Shown here in pieces: positions 61,127-64,000 of a DNA stretch of 64,000 nt. How positions within the stretch are numbered: position 1 is the stretch's first letter; every line of letters starts with the position of its first letter. The position numbers were made by a program, and so were the translations under genes. This stretch comes from Nitrospirota bacterium. Its GTDB lineage: Bacteria > Nitrospirota > UBA9217. A model generated the notes under the pieces. It saw only the letters and a program-made list of their open reading frames with translations, was not told the origin of the DNA and searched no databases. The stretch lies in contig CAWBNQ010000003.1 in NCBI GenBank assembly GCA_963790205.1, positions 800,001 to 864,000 on the forward strand, in the 5' to 3' direction.

Positions 61127-62752
61127 TCAGCGCTTGACCTCGATATCCAGGCCTTTGTCAATGGAATAGATGGGATAGATTTTAAAATCCTTGACCCAGG
61201 GCTGAATGACGAAGTAATCTGCTTTATGCCACATGAACATCCACGGTGCGTTCTTTATGATGCGTTCCTCTGCCCGGCGATAGAGGCGATAACGCTGTCG
61301 TTCATCCATGGTACGTTGAGCGGTCTCGATCAAACGATCGAGTTCCGGGTCAAGGCAGCGCGTGCGGTTTCCGCCGGGACCGACGCTCGCTGAATGGAAC
61401 AGGGGAAAGAGGAAGTTTTCCGGGTCGGGGTAGTCCGCCCACCAGGACATCCAGAAGGCGTCCGGCTCGCCTTCATTCACGGCCTGTTTTAATGCGCTCC
61501 AGTCACGCTGGACGATTTCCGGTTGGAGCCCCGCTGTTTTTAAATATTCGTCAATTACTTCTACAATATCGATGACATCCTGCTCGTTCGAGATGTATAT
61601 CCTGATCTTCTTCCCGGTCGCCCCCGCCTCCTGAATCAGCTTTTTCGCCTGACGGGGGTCGTAGCGGTAACCGTCTGAAGCCGGCGCTGCAATGCCGTTC
61701 TTCCACAGTCCCGGAGGGATGGGACCGGATGCCAGTACGCCTCGTTTTTCTAAGATAGTGTTTAAAATTTTCTGCCGGTCGACGGCCATATTGACCGCAC
61801 GTCGGACACGGACATCGTTAAATGGCGGCCGCGTACAGTTGAGCCCGAGGTAATAGGTGTTGAGCCCCGGTTTGCCGAATACGAGGTCTCGCCACGCGGG
61901 ATCGGTCGTATAGCGATGATATTCAGACGAGGGAATGAGCAGCACGTCGAGCCGACCGGTCTCGAATTCCATCACCGCCGTGAGGTCCTCGGGAATGATC
62001 TTGTAGTAAATACCGTTCAACTTCGGCCTGCCTTCAAAGTAGTCCTTGTTTGCCGTGAGCATGAGATACTGGCCGTGTTTCCATTCGGTGAGGACATACG
62101 GGCCGCTGCCGACGGGGTGGGTGCCGAAATCCTGTCCCAGCCGATCGACCTCTTCCCGGGGAACGACATAGGCTGTGGTCATGGCGAGAAGCGACAGGAA
62201 GGGGCCGAACGGTTTGTCGAGCTTGAGCACGAGAGTGTGGTCGTTTTCAATCCGGATGCCCGATATGTTTGTTGCCTTGCCTGCAAGAAAAGCGTCGGCC
62301 CCTTCGATCTTGTCGAGGACCCAGGTGAGCGGGGCCTTGGTACCCGGCGTCAGCACGCGCTCGAAGGAATAACGCACGTCCTTTGCCGTGACTTTCCTGC
62401 CGTTACTGAACCTGACCTCCCGTCTGAGATGGAACGTATAGGTTCTCTGGTCAGGGGAAAGGCTCCAGGACCGGGCAAGGTCGGGGACGATGTCGAGGTT
62501 TTCGTTGAAACGGATGAGACCGCTAAAAAGCTTTGCGGCAATATTGCCGCCGATAACATCGGTTATCAAGGCAGGGTCGAGTGTGGTAGGGTTGCTGTTG
62601 AGCCGGAGGTACAGGTATCCCGGGAAACGTGCGTCGTCGGACTTACGGCAACTCGTGCCGGATAGAAAGACAACGATCAGGAGGATGACGGATAACAGTG
62701 AAGACCCTGACCATGCCTTTTTGCGGAGGTTATTTTTTTGACGCGCTGACAA
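61127..62752 (-). CDS. peptide/nickel ABC transporter substrate-binding protein (family 5)
   Basis: TLDPA, PDLA.SW, F.NG..VTA.DV, PVGSGPY, W.ADYPDP motifs; start uncertain. Confidence 0.92.
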   Translation of the reverse strand: MSARQKNNLRKKAWSGSSLLSVILLIVVFLSGTSCRKSDDARFPGYLYLRLNSNPTTLDPALITDVIGGNIAAKLFSGLIRFNENLDIVPDLARSWSLSPDQRTYTFHLRREVRFSNGRKVTAKDVRYSFERVLTPGTKAPLTWVLDKIEGADAFLAGKATNISGIRIENDHTLVLKLDKPFGPFLSLLAMTTAYVVPREEVDRLGQDFGTHPVGSGPYVLTEWKHGQYLMLTANKDYFEGRPKLNGIYYKIIPEDLTAVMEFETGRLDVLLIPSSEYHRYTTDPAWRDLVFGKPGLNTYYLGLNCTRPPFNDVRVRRAVNMAVDRQKILNTILEKRGVLASGPIPPGLWKNGIAAPASDGYRYDPRQAKKLIQEAGATGKKIRIYISNEQDVIDIVEVIDEYLKTAGLQPEIVQRDWSALKQAVNEGEPDAFWMSWWADYPDPENFLFPLFHSASVGPGGNRTRCLDPELDRLIETAQRTMDERQRYRLYRRAEERIIKNAPWMFMWHKADYFVIQPWVKDFKIYPIYSIDKGLDIEVKR

Positions 62753-63464
62753 ACGCCTCGAAGAGTTTCCTGGTATATCGATCATCGATCGTCTTTTCCG
62801 GATGCCACTGCACGGCAATGAGGAAGTTGTTCTTGGAGCGGGTTTCCAAGGCCTCGAAAACGCCGTCGGGTGATACCGCAGAGAGCCTCAAGCCCCGGCC
62901 CGGGTTCTTGATGCTCTGGTGATGGGAGCTCCGCACCTTGATGCAGCAATCACCGGTCGGCCGGCAGTCTCCCATAATATGGCAAATTTTGGTGCCCTCG
63001 AAAATAGTAACGGGGTGAAACACCCTGTCGCCCGATTTTGCAGGGCCGTGCTTGAGGGTTTTTGGTATCTGCAAGGAAATATCCTGGTACAGGGTGCCGC
63101 CCAGTGCGATGTTTATGAGCTGCGCGCCATGGCAGACGGCAAGCACGGGTCTCTTTTCCTTTACCACGGCCTTGAATAATTTTATCTCGAACTGCGTGCG
63201 TGCGTCGGGAGAGAGCGTCATCCGTGCGCTGGCAAGCGGTTTTTCCTTGTAGAACCGGGGGTGAACGTCGTCGCCGCCGGTGAACAGGAACCCGCCGAGC
63301 TGTTTGACAAGGTCGGGGATCGATGTCTCGATACCCACGATCGGGACCGGGATTCCGCCTGCTTGCGCCACAGCCTTGCCATAATCTTGATCGAGAATAT
63401 TGAAGTTCCTGGCAGGCTGGACCTCTAAATTCATGGTGATGCCGATTAAAGGTTTCATGCACAT
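62730..63464 (-). CDS. gamma-glutamyl-gamma-aminobutyrate hydrolase family (peptidase C26)
   Basis: KPLIGI, TGGDD, CHGAQ, S.HHQ, VQWHPE motifs. Confidence 0.92.
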   Translation of the reverse strand: MCMKPLIGITMNLEVQPARNFNILDQDYGKAVAQAGGIPVPIVGIETSIPDLVKQLGGFLFTGGDDVHPRFYKEKPLASARMTLSPDARTQFEIKLFKAVVKEKRPVLAVCHGAQLINIALGGTLYQDISLQIPKTLKHGPAKSGDRVFHPVTIFEGTKICHIMGDCRPTGDCCIKVRSSHHQSIKNPGRGLRLSAVSPDGVFEALETRSKNNFLIAVQWHPEKTIDDRYTRKLFEAFVSASKK

Positions 63465-63649
63465 ACCTCCGCACTGTGATGGCCAACGCCCACTTCGTTA
63501 TGTATATCACAGTCGGGGAGGAAAGTCAGCGTGAGATTATAATTTGAGACTTATTGCCGCCAGATTTATAACTCATCGCATTCTTTTTTCGTGTAAAAAA
63601 ATCTGAAGGCATGCAGGATGCGTTGCCGTTCATTATATTATATTACCTG

Positions 63650-64000
63650 TTACCCCAGCAGCATCTCGAGCACCGCTTTCTGGGTATGGAGCCGGTTTTC
63701 CGCCTGGTCGAAAACCGCCGATTGCGGCCCGTCGATCACTTCGGCAGCGATCTCCTCGCCCCGGTGCGCCGGCAGACAGTGCATCACGAGGGCCTTCGGA
63801 TCAGCCAGCTTCATCAGTTTCTCATCGACCTGGTACCCCCGGAAAGCGTTCACGCGTTTGGCATGTTCGCTTTCCTGGCCCATGCTCGCCCAGACGTCGG
63901 TATATACGATGTCCGCGTTGGTGACGGCTTTCCCGGGGTCGTTCGAAAGCCGCACCTCTGAACCGGTTTGGACTGCTGCCAGCTTCGCTTCGCGCATGAT
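63650..64000 (-). CDS. argF: ornithine carbamoyltransferase, C-terminal part (runs off the window)
   Basis: YTDVWASMGQE, MHCLPAHRGEE, QAENRLH motifs. Confidence 0.95.
   Translation of the reverse strand: MMREAKLAAVQTGSEVRLSNDPGKAVTNADIVYTDVWASMGQESEHAKRVNAFRGYQVDEKLMKLADPKALVMHCLPAHRGEEIAAEVIDGPQSAVFDQAENRLHTQKAVLEMLLG

Overview
Bacterial chromosomal window with mostly GC-rich coding sequence. Gene content suggests an anaerobe of Nitrospirota or Desulfobacterota type; this is inference only. Most of it is housekeeping: hisS, pgm, eno, typA, degQ-like protease, addAB, trxA, tRNA-Gly, cobU-T-S-C, a TPP riboswitch with thiS-G-E-C-D, rph, larE, purD, purE, tsaC, PhoH, a two-component cluster, resB/ccsB and argF. 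Many single-base frameshifts look like sequencing errors. Main observations: (1) An AT-richer island of about 5.4 kb lies between addB and addA. It is headed by an HTH-WYL-WCX regulator directly behind addB, and downstream genes carry repeated TGACA-N6-TGTCA palindromes that form PafBC-like TGTC(A/G)G-N10-TAnnnT promoters. The cargo is an atypical receiver protein, a lipoprotein, an 18-aa tandem-repeat protein, a GIY-YIG-like nuclease, a double-HD protein and a VapBC-type pair. This is a candidate AddAB-coupled, ssDNA-sensing damage or defence module. (2) Two selenoproteins are split by the ORF caller: a class I flavoprotein disulfide reductase with CLNVGU and an exported rhodanese with CRGEGU, each with a SECIS-like hairpin. 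(3) There is a probable 6S RNA. (4) An unexplained dispersed element of about 210 bp occurs twice and may encode a small protein. (5) Palindromic and heptamer repeat elements are inserted in frame inside AddA and a histidine kinase.
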